Source: Reclinomonas americana ATCC 50394 (lineage: Eukaryota). Taken from it: a stretch of DNA of 64,000 bases. Of this stretch, positions 1-9,095 are shown piece by piece. The notes under the pieces are model-generated. The model was not told the origin of the DNA, did no database searches, and saw only the letters and a list, made by a program, of their open reading frames with translations. Location: contig PS015009.1 of assembly GCA_048213135.1 (NCBI GenBank), positions 1-64,000 on the forward strand, read 5' to 3'. The translations under genes and the position numbers were made by a program. Position 1 is the first letter of the stretch, and each line of letters starts with the position of its first letter.

Positions 1-3000
1 AGGGTATACACCGTTCTTCATCTTCACCGAGGCCAGTGAGCTTTTGAACTTCCAGCTGCGGTCACTGGCATAACTGATATCGGTGGTGGTGGATTTAAGG
101 TGCTGGTAGTAATGCGACTGGTTGAACCCGCTACCGCCTGCAGACAGGTAAATGAAGGAAGAGTTGTTCCAGATATAGCTGCCTGTGCCCGAAGGAACGG
201 TGGCAGTTCTCCAGTAGTATACCGTGCCTTCAGTGAAAGTGATGTTGGCAGGGTTGAACTGCACAATACCTCCGGCGCCGGTAACGGTATAGGATTTTTT
301 GAAAGCGGAGTTGAACAGCTCGGTGGTATCCACCTCCATCACATACTGGCGCTGGCTGTTGAGCGGGTTGGCCGTACTGGCATAGTAACCGATGTTCTGC
401 TGGTTAACGATGGAGAAGTTATAAGGGGAGATGGGACGAAGCTCATCTTCAAAAATGTAAAACTCTTTAGTGAGTGTGTTGTTCATCTCGGAAAGCTCAT
501 CTACAACATTGCCATCATCGAGGGTTATTTTCAATTTGTTCAAACCTTTGTCGGTAATAGGATTGATAGGAACAACCAGGTGCAGCGAATCCATATAACG
601 GATGCCGCGTATCTTCTGGTTGAACAGGGTATTGACAGTACCTGTAGGCAATTCCTGCAGCACTTTTACAATAATGGAATCATCTACCGCACGACCCAGG
701 TTGGCCATTTTTACATCTATGGTAAAACTGTTGTCGGCTACTGAAATAATATTAGGTGTGAACTTCACCAACTGGTCCTCGATATCATAATCGGGTTTCA
801 GGAAGTTGTTGATCTTTAATGCAGGATCGCCGTGGAGATTCACTTCCTCCATATGTATCCTGGTATAATAATCCAGCGTAGAAGGATTACTGCCCAATGA
901 TTGTAAGGTTTCCTGCAACTGGTTGCCTACTGTATTTCCATACATATACCTTCCAATATTTTTATACTGGTGCGTATTATAGAAGTCGAGGAAAGGAGCT
1001 ATACCAAAGTGAGAACTTCCCAGGAACCCGATGGCTCCTTTTTGCGGGATGAACATATATTTTTCTGATAACGACATACCGGCATAACCCAATGGACGGT
1101 TCACATTAAACGTATAAAAGTTACCTACTGTACAACCACTTACGTGTATGAAGGGGTACTTGCCGTTATTACTATAGGTTTCAGGATAGTTGAGGTTAAT
1201 GGCCAGTTCATTAGCGGATGAGTGACCAAAATATTTTACGTAGCTCATACCCTCATTAAACAGTTCGGTAATGCGCTGGCTCTGTTGCTGCTCAATGGCA
1301 GCGATGCTTGTTTTAGCAAAGGTTTCCACTTTACCACCAAACAGGGTGTCTTCAATAATATCTTTGTAACCGTTAAGATAGCCGATGAATTCTACCGTTT
1401 CGGCACTATCAGCACCACCTGCGGTATGCAACACATTTTTCATCCAGGCCTTATTGTTGAAAGTCTGCAGGGTGGAAGTCTGCGCCTGTTCGTATTGCTT
1501 CATCTTATCCAGGTAAATACCTACCTCATTGCCGGTAATGGCACCCAGCCTGCCTATTGGCACCAGTGGCACATTCGTGCCCGGGTCGCAAGCCAGTAAC
1601 ACATCAGATGCGGGCCAGCCAAAGGGTTGAATCAGGTCCAGCTGGTCAACTATAGGGTTGGCTTTATTGGCAATGTAATCGGTATAAGTAAGACCATGAC
1701 CGATGATGAACGTGTATTTAGGCGCTACGCTGAAGCTGCTTTTGGCAAAACGGATAAAATCGCGGATCGCCGCGGGATGACGGGTGATACCAAAACCAAA
1801 CTGGTCATTGAGTTCATCGATGCCATATATTTTTGCATTGTAACCGCCACCGGTAACCGATGAACGGTACTGGCGGTACAGGTCCACATTATTAACACCC
1901 GAACCGTTGTTGTACAAAGCCGGGTGACTAATGATCATGTAATCGCCCTGGTTGGCGCTGTTGTTCACATTCACAAAACTGCGGCTGGTAAATGCTGAAG
2001 AAGGGATGGACACGTTATTGGCATCCTGGCTCATCAAATTAAATTTACGCACCGGGTCGGTGGAACCGGGTATCTCGAACCGCACTTGCCCCGCCACACT
2101 GATATCGCCGAGGTAACGGCGACCGTTGTTGATGTCGTAAAGGATAGGTGCAATACCATTGTTATTAAAATTGGTGATCACCAGGTAGTTGGGACCAGCC
2201 TTGGGTTGCAGCTCAAAATAAAAGTTCTTCTCGTTGTTGAAGTTAAAGGTAGAAGGGTAAGTAACGGTGAAGTTGCTCACCACAATACGGTCATTCGCAT
2301 TGGTGGAGTTGCCATTGATGGACACCAGCAAACCATTGGGACCTGTTACATGCGACAAAGGCAGGTTACGGATGGTATCTTTTTTATACCCAAAGAAAGG
2401 CATCGGGTTAATAGCCGGGCTGATGGTGTTGTTAAAGAGCCTGATCACCAGGTCACGTGCATACAGGGCATTACCTGAAGCACCTACCGTAACCATCACA
2501 CTGTTGGCCGGACCTGCGGCATAAGCGTTAAGGTTGGTCAATTGTGTACCCAGCGCACAGCAGGGAAATACTTCATTGCTTGTCCAACCTTCACCCATAT
2601 CATAAGAAGAAGAATATACATACTCACCTATCACCGAAGCGTATCCCCTGTTGATCATATTCCTGAAGTGTACTTCAATACGGCGCATGAAATACGCATC
2701 AGCAGTAACGGTGCCGGTAATGGTGTTGGTACTTTGCGTGTAGCGAAGGTTACCACCGGCAGGGTTTACGGTAAGGTAATAAGCAGCGGTGTCGGTCTCC
2801 AGGCTGTACTTGGCAGACAACTGGTAATCCGGATCGCGGTAAAGGGTTTTATCGGGCTTGCCGTCATTCATCTCACCCCAGAACTCAATGTAATCGGAGG
2901 AGCCCAGCGGGCCGGTGGCTACAGAAGTGTAGAGGCGTACCTGCTGACCATTGCGCCAGAGCTGGAACTGTTCGGCGGGAATATTATTCAGCCCGGGAAT

Positions 3001-3156
3001 AGCGGCCAGCGTGGATTGCGGAATGCGGCAAAGCGTGTCTTTGGCCAGTTTGAATTTATAGTAGGTCTTGCTGTAATCGATCCAGTTGTTGTTCAATTGT
3101 GAAAAACCGCGGGATGCCAGCAACAGGACCAGGACAGCTAATAAAATTCTTTTCAT
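1..3156 (-). CDS. C25-family cysteine peptidase, PorU2-like T9SS sortase paralogue (partial, runs off the left edge)
   Basis: Absent from the ORF track because it has no stop codon in the window. Manual translation from ATG at 3156 gives MKRILLAVLVLLASRGFSQLNNNWIDYSKTYYKFK. C25-type His/Cys motifs YFGHSS and HVSGCTVGN lie near 1120-1240. The same frame reads RSWKFKSS at the window edge. Lies directly downstream of a PorV-like gene. Confidence 0.85.
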   Translation of the reverse strand, partial: MKRILLAVLVLLLASRGFSQLNNNWIDYSKTYYKFKLAKDTLCRIPQSTLAAIPGLNNIPAEQFQLWRNGQQVRLYTSVATGPLGSSDYIEFWGEMNDGKPDKTLYRDPDYQLSAKYSLETDTAAYYLTVNPAGGNLRYTQSTNTITGTVTADAYFMRRIEVHFRNMINRGYASVIGEYVYSSSYDMGEGWTSNEVFPCCALGTQLTNLNAYAAGPANSVMVTVGASGNALYARDLVIRLFNNTISPAINPMPFFGYKKDTIRNLPLSHVTGPNGLLVSINGNSTNANDRIVVSNFTVTYPSTFNFNNEKNFYFELQPKAGPNYLVITNFNNNGIAPILYDINNGRRYLGDISVAGQVRFEIPGSTDPVRKFNLMSQDANNVSIPSSAFTSRSFVNVNNSANQGDYMIISHPALYNNGSGVNNVDLYRQYRSSVTGGGYNAKIYGIDELNDQFGFGITRHPAAIRDFIRFAKSSFSVAPKYTFIIGHGLTYTDYIANKANPIVDQLDLIQPFGWPASDVLLACDPGTNVPLVPIGRLGAITGNEVGIYLDKMKQYEQAQTSTLQTFNNKAWMKNVLHTAGGADSAETVEFIGYLNGYKDIIEDTLFGGKVETFAKTSIAAIEQQQSQRITELFNEGMSYVKYFGHSSANELAINLNYPETYSNNGKYPFIHVSGCTVGNFYTFNVNRPLGYAGMSLSEKYMFIPQKGAIGFLGSSHFGIAPFLDFYNTHQYKNIGRYMYGNTVGNQLQETLQSLGSNPSTLDYYTRIHMEEVNLHGDPALKINNFLKPDYDIEDQLVKFTPNIISVADNSFTIDVKMANLGRAVDDSIIVKVLQELPTGTVNTLFNQKIRGIRYMDSLHLVVPINPITDKGLNKLKITLDDGNVVDELSEMNNTLTKEFYIFEDELRPISPYNFSIVNQQNIGYYASTANPLNSQRQYVMEVDTTELFNSAFKKSYTVTGAGGIVQFNPANITFTEGTVYYWRTATVPSGTGSYIWNNSSFIYLSAGGSGFNQSHYYQHLKSTTTDISYASDRSWKFKSSLASVKMKNGVYP

Positions 3157-3172
3157 ACCGGTGTATTAAGAT

Positions 3173-4285
3173 TTATTCAGACGCTTTTCCTTTTTTGGGA
3201 AAGTCGAGTCTCAGAGAAATAATGTGTGTATATAATGGATTAGACTGGTTAGCAAGATTGGTAAAAGCGTAATCGATCATGACATTCTTGATCTTGAAAC
3301 CTGCGCCGAGGCTGGGTTGATAGATCCATACTTTTTTCTGGTTCACGGTATCTTCATCCGCCAGTGCCCGCTGGAAATTACTGACGCCCGCCCTTACAAA
3401 AAATACGTCTTTGATCCTTGCTTCCAAACCTATGCGGGGATCGGCACTGATGGTGTTACCGCTCAGTATGGTATTTCTTTTACCATCGAAAGTAAGATCT
3501 ACGTTCGCTTCCGCCATAATGTTCACCCCTTTGCTGATGCGGAAATCATAACCGCCACCAATCACAAGACGGGGTGCGGTGAGCTCGGTGGACTTGGTAG
3601 GAATATCGTTCTTGGTCAGGTAAAGCACTTCTTTTTCCCGCTCGGTGAACTTGAAGGTCCACGCGTTAAAGGTGGTGGTGATATCACGTGCCACGATGCC
3701 CGCATGCCATTTCTGCCCGTGCATCTGCAGACCGGCATCAAGCCCGAAACCCCATGCCGAAGCGAATTTGCCGATCTTGCGATAGATTACTTTGGCATTC
3801 ACACCAAAACTGATACTTCTTTTTTCCGTTTGCTGCAGGTTCTGTGCGAAGGATAACAGTAACGCGTAATCAGCGGAAGAGAAAGACTGTACGTTGCCAT
3901 AGTTGATGCTGCCATCGGGCTCTACCAGGTAGAGGGTATTGGGAATATCATCAATGGCAAAACGAAGTATGGAAAATCCCAAGGCCCGTTTGTTATCCTG
4001 TATGGGAGTCGCCAGTGACAGGTAATCGTATTTGGCGATACCGCTGAAGTATTCCGCATGCATCAGTCCCACATTGGTTACGTCTTTCACCCCCATCAGC
4101 CCCGCGGGGTTCCAGTAACCGGCAGTGGCATCCTTGGCTGTAGCTACCTGCGAACCACCCATACCCAGGCCGCGTGCGCCTGCGCCTATATTCAGGAATT
4201 CGTTAGAATATTTTCTGAACTGTGAAAAACAGGTGATGGATGATGACAATAAAAGGTATAAGCCAATGACTAGGTGCTTTCTCAT
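3173..4285 (-). CDS. PorV/PorQ-family outer-membrane beta-barrel (PorV2-like)
   Basis: Signal peptide; NEFLNIGAGARGLGMG and YWNPAGL motifs; C-terminal IDYAFT..ISLRLD barrel strands. Confidence 0.85.
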   Translation of the reverse strand: MRKHLVIGLYLLLSSSITCFSQFRKYSNEFLNIGAGARGLGMGGSQVATAKDATAGYWNPAGLMGVKDVTNVGLMHAEYFSGIAKYDYLSLATPIQDNKRALGFSILRFAIDDIPNTLYLVEPDGSINYGNVQSFSSADYALLLSFAQNLQQTEKRSISFGVNAKVIYRKIGKFASAWGFGLDAGLQMHGQKWHAGIVARDITTTFNAWTFKFTEREKEVLYLTKNDIPTKSTELTAPRLVIGGGYDFRISKGVNIMAEANVDLTFDGKRNTILSGNTISADPRIGLEARIKDVFFVRAGVSNFQRALADEDTVNQKKVWIYQPSLGAGFKIKNVMIDYAFTNLANQSNPLYTHIISLRLDFPKKGKASE

Positions 4286-4452
4286 AATGCTGCTCAGGTT
4301 AGTTAAATGACGTTGGGCGCTATATAAACGTGATATTACTTAGTAAATTGTGTATATATGGCATGGTAAAATTAAGCTTAATTGTAACAAGTTTAAGCCT
4401 GATTTGTCCGTTTTTTACTCCCTACACCATATTAAGTATTGATTTCTCATAT

Positions 4453-4479
4453 AGACGATCCGTATACAAAGAACGATGC
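4453..4479 (-). promoter_or_regulatory. Putative ECF-sigma promoter upstream of the porV2-porU2 operon
   Basis: Minus strand reads GCATCG-N16-CGTCT; same spacing as the motif at 17935-17961. Confidence 0.4.
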
Positions 4480-4631
4480 TTCAACTTACGGGAAAAATGC
4501 AGGTTTGGGTTCAAAAAAGAGGGGTTTATACGGCTGTTCCTGCCGATTTGTCGATTTTTATGAGCAATTTTGCCGTCCGGTATTAATTTGACCATAGAAA
4601 AGCGGTATTCCGCAGTGAATATTAAATAATT

Positions 4632-5912
4632 ATGTACAACCTGATTGAAGAATTAACCTGGAGGGGGATGATACAGGACATCATGCCCGGAACCAAAGAG
4701 CAGCTGGAAAAAGAGGTGACCACCGCTTATATCGGTTTCGACCCTACGGCCGACAGCCTGCACATTGGCAGCCTGGTGCCCATTATCCTGCTGGTGCACC
4801 TGCAAAAGGCCGGGCATAAACCCATTGCCCTGGTAGGCGGCGCCACCGGTATGGTAGGTGATCCCAGTGGCAAAAGCGAAGAACGTAACCTGCTGAGTGA
4901 AGACGTACTGCAGAAAAACGTGGCCGGGGTGAGGGCGCAGCTGGAAAAATTCCTGGACTTCGATCCGTCAAAACCCAACGCGGCCGAAATGGTGAACAAC
5001 TACGACTGGTTCCGCGATTTTACTTTCCTCGATTTTATACGTGAAGTGGGCAAGCACATCACCGTAAATTATATGATGGCCAAAGACAGTGTGAAGAAAC
5101 GTCTCGAAGGCGATAATGGCATGAGCTTTACCGAATTTACTTACCAACTGGTGCAGGGCTATGATTTTTACTGGCTGAATAAACATAAGAATGCCAAACT
5201 GCAGATGGGCGGCAGCGACCAGTGGGGCAATATCGTTACGGGCACCGAACTCATCAGGCGGAAAGATGCCGGCGAAGCATTCGCGTTTACCTGCCCGCTG
5301 ATCAAAAAAGCTGACGGCACTAAATTCGGCAAAACGGAAAAAGGCAATGTGTGGCTCGATATTAACCGCACCAGCGCTTACGAATTTTACCAGTTCTGGC
5401 TCAATGCGACTGATAAAGACGCTGAAGACTGGATCAAAATATTCACCTTCCTGGATCAGTCAGCGATCGAACAATTACTGGCAGAACAAAAAAATAATCC
5501 GTCGAAACGTACACTGCAAAAAACACTGGCAAGGGAAGTGACCATCTTTGTACATGGCGAAGACGCTTATCAAAAAGCCATCGAAACCACCGAAAAATTA
5601 TTCTCGAACCAAAGTGCTCCTGCGGAAAGCCTGAGCGAAGAAGACCTGCAGGCCCTGGAAGGCATTGTGAAGATCAGTTATCCTTCAGCAAAAATTAATG
5701 AAGGCACGGACATCGTGAGCTTTCTCGCCGAAACGGCTATCTTTCCCAGCAAAGGAGAGGCCCGTAAGATGATACAGAATGGCGGCATCAGTATCAACCG
5801 CAAAAAAATAGAAGGTATCGACTTTTCCGTTAACAGTTCCCTGCTCCTTCATAACAGGTTTATTCTTATACAGAAAGGGAGGAGGAATTATTATCTTGTG
5901 GAGATCAGTTAA
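4632..5912 (+). CDS. tyrS: Tyrosine--tRNA ligase
   Basis: GFDPTADSLHIGS (HIGH-like), QMGGSDQWGNI and KFGKT (KMSKS-like) motifs; C-terminal S4 domain. Confidence 0.98.
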   Translation: MYNLIEELTWRGMIQDIMPGTKEQLEKEVTTAYIGFDPTADSLHIGSLVPIILLVHLQKAGHKPIALVGGATGMVGDPSGKSEERNLLSEDVLQKNVAGVRAQLEKFLDFDPSKPNAAEMVNNYDWFRDFTFLDFIREVGKHITVNYMMAKDSVKKRLEGDNGMSFTEFTYQLVQGYDFYWLNKHKNAKLQMGGSDQWGNIVTGTELIRRKDAGEAFAFTCPLIKKADGTKFGKTEKGNVWLDINRTSAYEFYQFWLNATDKDAEDWIKIFTFLDQSAIEQLLAEQKNNPSKRTLQKTLAREVTIFVHGEDAYQKAIETTEKLFSNQSAPAESLSEEDLQALEGIVKISYPSAKINEGTDIVSFLAETAIFPSKGEARKMIQNGGISINRKKIEGIDFSVNSSLLLHNRFILIQKGRRNYYLVEIS

Positions 5913-5949
5913 ATTACGAATTACCAATTACGAATTACGAATTACGAAT
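5912..5949. repeat. Heptamer tandem repeat (AATTACG)x5
   Basis: aattacg-aattacc-aattacg-aattacg-aattacg-aat, located between convergent genes. Confidence 0.9.
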
Positions 5950-5987
5950 GGTGCTGTTAGAACGTACCCGTATCATCTGCAACCATA

Positions 5988-6656
5988 TCAATATTTCCTG
6001 ATCAATTTGAGCATTTCCTCGGCTACGAGTTGGTTGCCCTTTGGATTGAGGTGTACTTTATCGCTGGTTAATATACCCGCTTCCTTGTTCTCAGGATTAT
6101 TCTTCAGGTTGTAATCCAGCAGGGCTTTGCGCAGGTCCACCAGTGGCAATTGATTTTTTGATGCTATGTTGCGGATGATGGCGCAGTACTTGTTGAGGTC
6201 ACCGTCAAAATCATTGGTCATATCCGTCCGCTCCCCTATCGCCGCAGGCGTGCATAAGATCACTTTAATTTTTCTGTCTGACAGTTTTTTAAGAATGGCA
6301 TTATAAAACTTCTCAAACTTATCGGCATCGGTGCCTGTACCCGAACTGCGTTTGTGCCATACATCGTTTACGCCAATGTAAATGACCACCAGGTCGGGAG
6401 ACTTATCCAGCACATCTTCTTCCAGGCGCAGGTACAAGTCTGTTACCTTATTACCACTTACACCTGCTCCCACCAATTCATACTGGTTCCCTAATCCTTC
6501 CAGGTTCAGCATGGAATCGATGCGCTGGATATAACCGCCGGGTTTGATGCCTGCCGCGGTAATGCTGTCGCCGAAAAAGAGGACTTTCTTTTTCTTTTGT
6601 GCGCAGGTAAACGCAAGCGCTGAACAAATACAAAGAAAGAGGAGGAGATTTTTCAT
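5988..6656 (-). CDS. SGNH/GDSL hydrolase (secreted)
   Basis: FFGDSIT, GVSGN, IGVNDVW and DKVH blocks. Start moved to MKNLLLFLC (signal peptide) to avoid overlap with the upstream gene. Confidence 0.92.
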   Translation of the reverse strand: MKNLLLFLCICSALAFTCAQKKKKVLFFGDSITAAGIKPGGYIQRIDSMLNLEGLGNQYELVGAGVSGNKVTDLYLRLEEDVLDKSPDLVVIYIGVNDVWHKRSSGTGTDADKFEKFYNAILKKLSDRKIKVILCTPAAIGERTDMTNDFDGDLNKYCAIIRNIASKNQLPLVDLRKALLDYNLKNNPENKEAGILTSDKVHLNPKGNQLVAEEMLKLIRKY

Positions 6657-6763
6657 ATTAGCCAGGTTAGTTTTTATAAGTATTATTTTTTTACAAAGAG
6701 TGTAAAGATTTTTCACAGAGTTACACAGAGATGCATACATCTTTCGAAGCATCTTCACTTTAT

Positions 6764-8182
6764 TCAAGTATTCAACAGGTATTTTCTTTCCCGGTATACT
6801 TTCCACACAAATTCACCAAACAATGTATTCGCCCAGGCAAACCATTTACGGGTGAATTTTTTCGCATCATCTTTATAAAAAGATTCGTGCATAAATCCTG
6901 TGCCGGCGTGAGAAGCCTTCAGCATATCCAGGCAGGCCTTTATTTCCTTATCGTCGTTGCTGGTGATACCCCTCATGGTAATACTCATGGGCCAGATATA
7001 ATCCATACCTACATGCGGACCGCCAATACCCTCTCCTGCCGTGCCTTTAAAGAAAAATGGATTGTCGGGCCCGAGTACATACTTACGGGTATTGAGGTAC
7101 AGGTTGGCCGGCGTATACGCGTCGAGGTAAGTAAGCGACAGTAAAGAAGGGACATTGGCATCGTCCATCAGGTTGTAACTGCCAAAGCCGTTTACTTCAT
7201 ACGCCAGTATCTCACCATAGGCAGGTGTTTTTATCACAGCATGCTGCAATAAGGTGCCGGTAATGGTATTGTACAGGGTGTCGATCTCTTTAAAAAAAGA
7301 TTCGTCCTGTTTTACCGCGGCAAACATGGATTTCAATTTTGCCAGTGCCGATACGGCGAAACAGTTACCGGGAATATTGAAAGGATATACAGTAGCATCA
7401 TCGCTGGGGCGGAACATGGCATGAATGAGCCCGATCTTTTTAGCCGGGTACCCGTAACCACCCAATGGTACGCCATCTGTTGCCCAACTGGTGGTACGTT
7501 CAAATTTGTACGGTCCGTTGCCATCCAGGCGCTGTTGTTCTTTGAAAGTGGTTACGATCAACCGCATCGCCTGCTGCCAGTCGGCATCAAACACAGATGC
7601 ATCACCCGTCTCTTTCCAGTATCCATGCGCCAGGCGGATGGGATAACAAAGACTGTCGATCTCCCACTTGCGTTCATGCACACCCGGTTTCATTAGAGTT
7701 TTATCATCCTTCCATTCGCTGATCTTCGATTCATCTTTATAAAAAGCATTGGCATACGGGTCTTTCAGGATACATTTTACCTGGCGGTTGATCACACCTT
7801 TAATGAGTTCCTGCAAAGCCTTGTCCTGTTTCATCAGCGGCAGGTAAGGCCATACCTGTGCGGAAGAATCGCGGAGCCACATGGCATCAATATCACCGGT
7901 GATCACAAAAGTATCAGGCTTACCATTGATCACTTCAAATTCAACCGTGGTATCGAGTGTGTTGGGAAAACAGTTCTCAAACAGCCAGCCCAGTTCTTTA
8001 TCACCAATGCCCGATTTTACTGTAGCGATGAGTTGTTCCACAGCGGCACTCCGGAAATGCCGTTGTGATACGGGTACCCGGACAACCGGGAAGTCGCCGC
8101 CATTACCGGCTACTGAATTGCTGTTGATAAAAAGGGCCGCGGCTGCAAGTGATGATTGGGTAATAAATGTCCGTCGTTTCAT
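6764..8182 (-). CDS. Glycoside hydrolase family 125 (exo-alpha-1,6-mannosidase-like), Tat signal
   Basis: ITGDIDAMWLRDS, ERKWEIDSL, MDDANVPSLL and FAWANTLFGE motifs; N-terminal MKRRTFI twin-arginine leader. Confidence 0.92.
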   Translation of the reverse strand: MKRRTFITQSSLAAAALFINSNSVAGNGGDFPVVRVPVSQRHFRSAAVEQLIATVKSGIGDKELGWLFENCFPNTLDTTVEFEVINGKPDTFVITGDIDAMWLRDSSAQVWPYLPLMKQDKALQELIKGVINRQVKCILKDPYANAFYKDESKISEWKDDKTLMKPGVHERKWEIDSLCYPIRLAHGYWKETGDASVFDADWQQAMRLIVTTFKEQQRLDGNGPYKFERTTSWATDGVPLGGYGYPAKKIGLIHAMFRPSDDATVYPFNIPGNCFAVSALAKLKSMFAAVKQDESFFKEIDTLYNTITGTLLQHAVIKTPAYGEILAYEVNGFGSYNLMDDANVPSLLSLTYLDAYTPANLYLNTRKYVLGPDNPFFFKGTAGEGIGGPHVGMDYIWPMSITMRGITSNDDKEIKACLDMLKASHAGTGFMHESFYKDDAKKFTRKWFAWANTLFGEFVWKVYRERKYLLNT

Positions 8183-8226
8183 GAAAGCACTTATTTTTAT
8201 CCTTAAATATACCAAAACTAAATACT

Positions 8227-8838
8227 ATGGATCAACTCTTTGCGCTGCAGAATGAGAAAAGCTGGAAAACACTTCTTACAGACGGCACCATCATCCGCCT
8301 GGTGAATGAAAAATATAAAACCCCTGAAGAGTTCCTGGAGAAATACGAAGAAAAAGGATTCATGAAAAAAAGGCTGGAGATATCTGTATTGGATATCCAG
8401 AAGGTCACCCACCCGGATAAAGAGGCCAATAATGCAACCATTGAATATACCGACCGCAGCAGCACCACTTCGCTGGAGCTGGAATTCGATAATTACCTGG
8501 AAAGGGACCAGTTTGTCGGCCTTGTAAGTAAGACTCGCCGTTTCACCGCCACTACCGGCAGCATGGGTGTGTTTAAAGCCATTACGCCATCACTGATCGG
8601 GCTGGGCGTTACTGCCCTCCTGGGTTTCATTGTATATATCGATGCGCAGGCACTTGAAGCCGGTGAAGATGTGAATACCAGCGGCAGGCGCTCCTTGTAC
8701 AAAAAATTGTTTGCCTGGCTGGCAGAAATGTTAGGCACCACAGGTACACTGGCTGTAACTGGTGCCATTGCTTTGCTTTGTATTTACTTCATTTATAAGA
8801 ATGTGAAGAACCCGCCATCACAGGTGGTGTATTCATAA
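8227..8838 (+). CDS. Hypothetical membrane protein (soluble N-domain plus 2 C-terminal TM helices)
   Basis: 203-aa ORF with two hydrophobic segments, followed by a terminator. Confidence 0.7.
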   Translation: MDQLFALQNEKSWKTLLTDGTIIRLVNEKYKTPEEFLEKYEEKGFMKKRLEISVLDIQKVTHPDKEANNATIEYTDRSSTTSLELEFDNYLERDQFVGLVSKTRRFTATTGSMGVFKAITPSLIGLGVTALLGFIVYIDAQALEAGEDVNTSGRRSLYKKLFAWLAEMLGTTGTLAVTGAIALLCIYFIYKNVKNPPSQVVYS

Positions 8839-8901
8839 ATGAAGGAATGAAAGAATGAAGGAATGAAGGAATGAAGGAATGAAGGAATAAAGGAATGAAG
8901 G
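8838..8901. repeat. Octamer tandem repeat (AATGAAGG)x8
   Basis: Directly visible; two copies carry single substitutions. Confidence 0.95.
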
Positions 8902-8904
8902 AAT

Positions 8905-8936
8905 AAAAAAAGCTGTCCGCGGGGGACAGCTTTTTT
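8905..8936. terminator. Bidirectional intrinsic terminator
   Basis: AAAAAAAGCTGTCC-GCGGG-GGACAGCTTTTTT between convergent genes. Confidence 0.8.
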
Positions 8937-9033
8937 ATTTCTTGCTCGTACGGCCCAAGGCGGAGTGTACGGGTACAGACACGGAAAAAGGAAGGGAACT
9001 TTTCGTTTTTTCCTTTTTTGTTGTCGCCAGGTA

Positions 9034-9053
9034 NNNNNNNNNNNNNNNNNNNN
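9034..9053. other. Assembly gap (20 N)
   Basis: Run of N; the terminator arm GACAGCTTTTTT recurs just after the gap. Confidence 1.
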
Positions 9054-9095
9054 GACAGCTTTTTTTATTTATGGTTTTACTTACAGAAAAGAGTT

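Noticed and set aside
100..3102. Series of plus-strand ORFs of 60-214 aa
   Set aside because: Antisense shadows of the C25 peptidase gene on the minus strand.
4330..4563. 77-aa ORF or a T-box leader upstream of tyrS
   Set aside because: AT-rich promoter region with no coding signature; no T-box consensus was recognized.
5988..6806. Extended N-termini given by the ORF track (GDSL here; also GH125, cphB, the GH13s, ccmB and the 54436 lipoprotein)
   Set aside because: Downstream ATGs give proper signal peptides or avoid overlaps, so the starts were shortened.
8941..9070. Odd 93-bp sequence and an apparent duplicated terminator arm around the N gap
   Set aside because: It abuts a scaffold gap just after a GC hairpin and loosely mimics the sequence following the gap. 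Most likely a low-quality contig end, not a real insertion.
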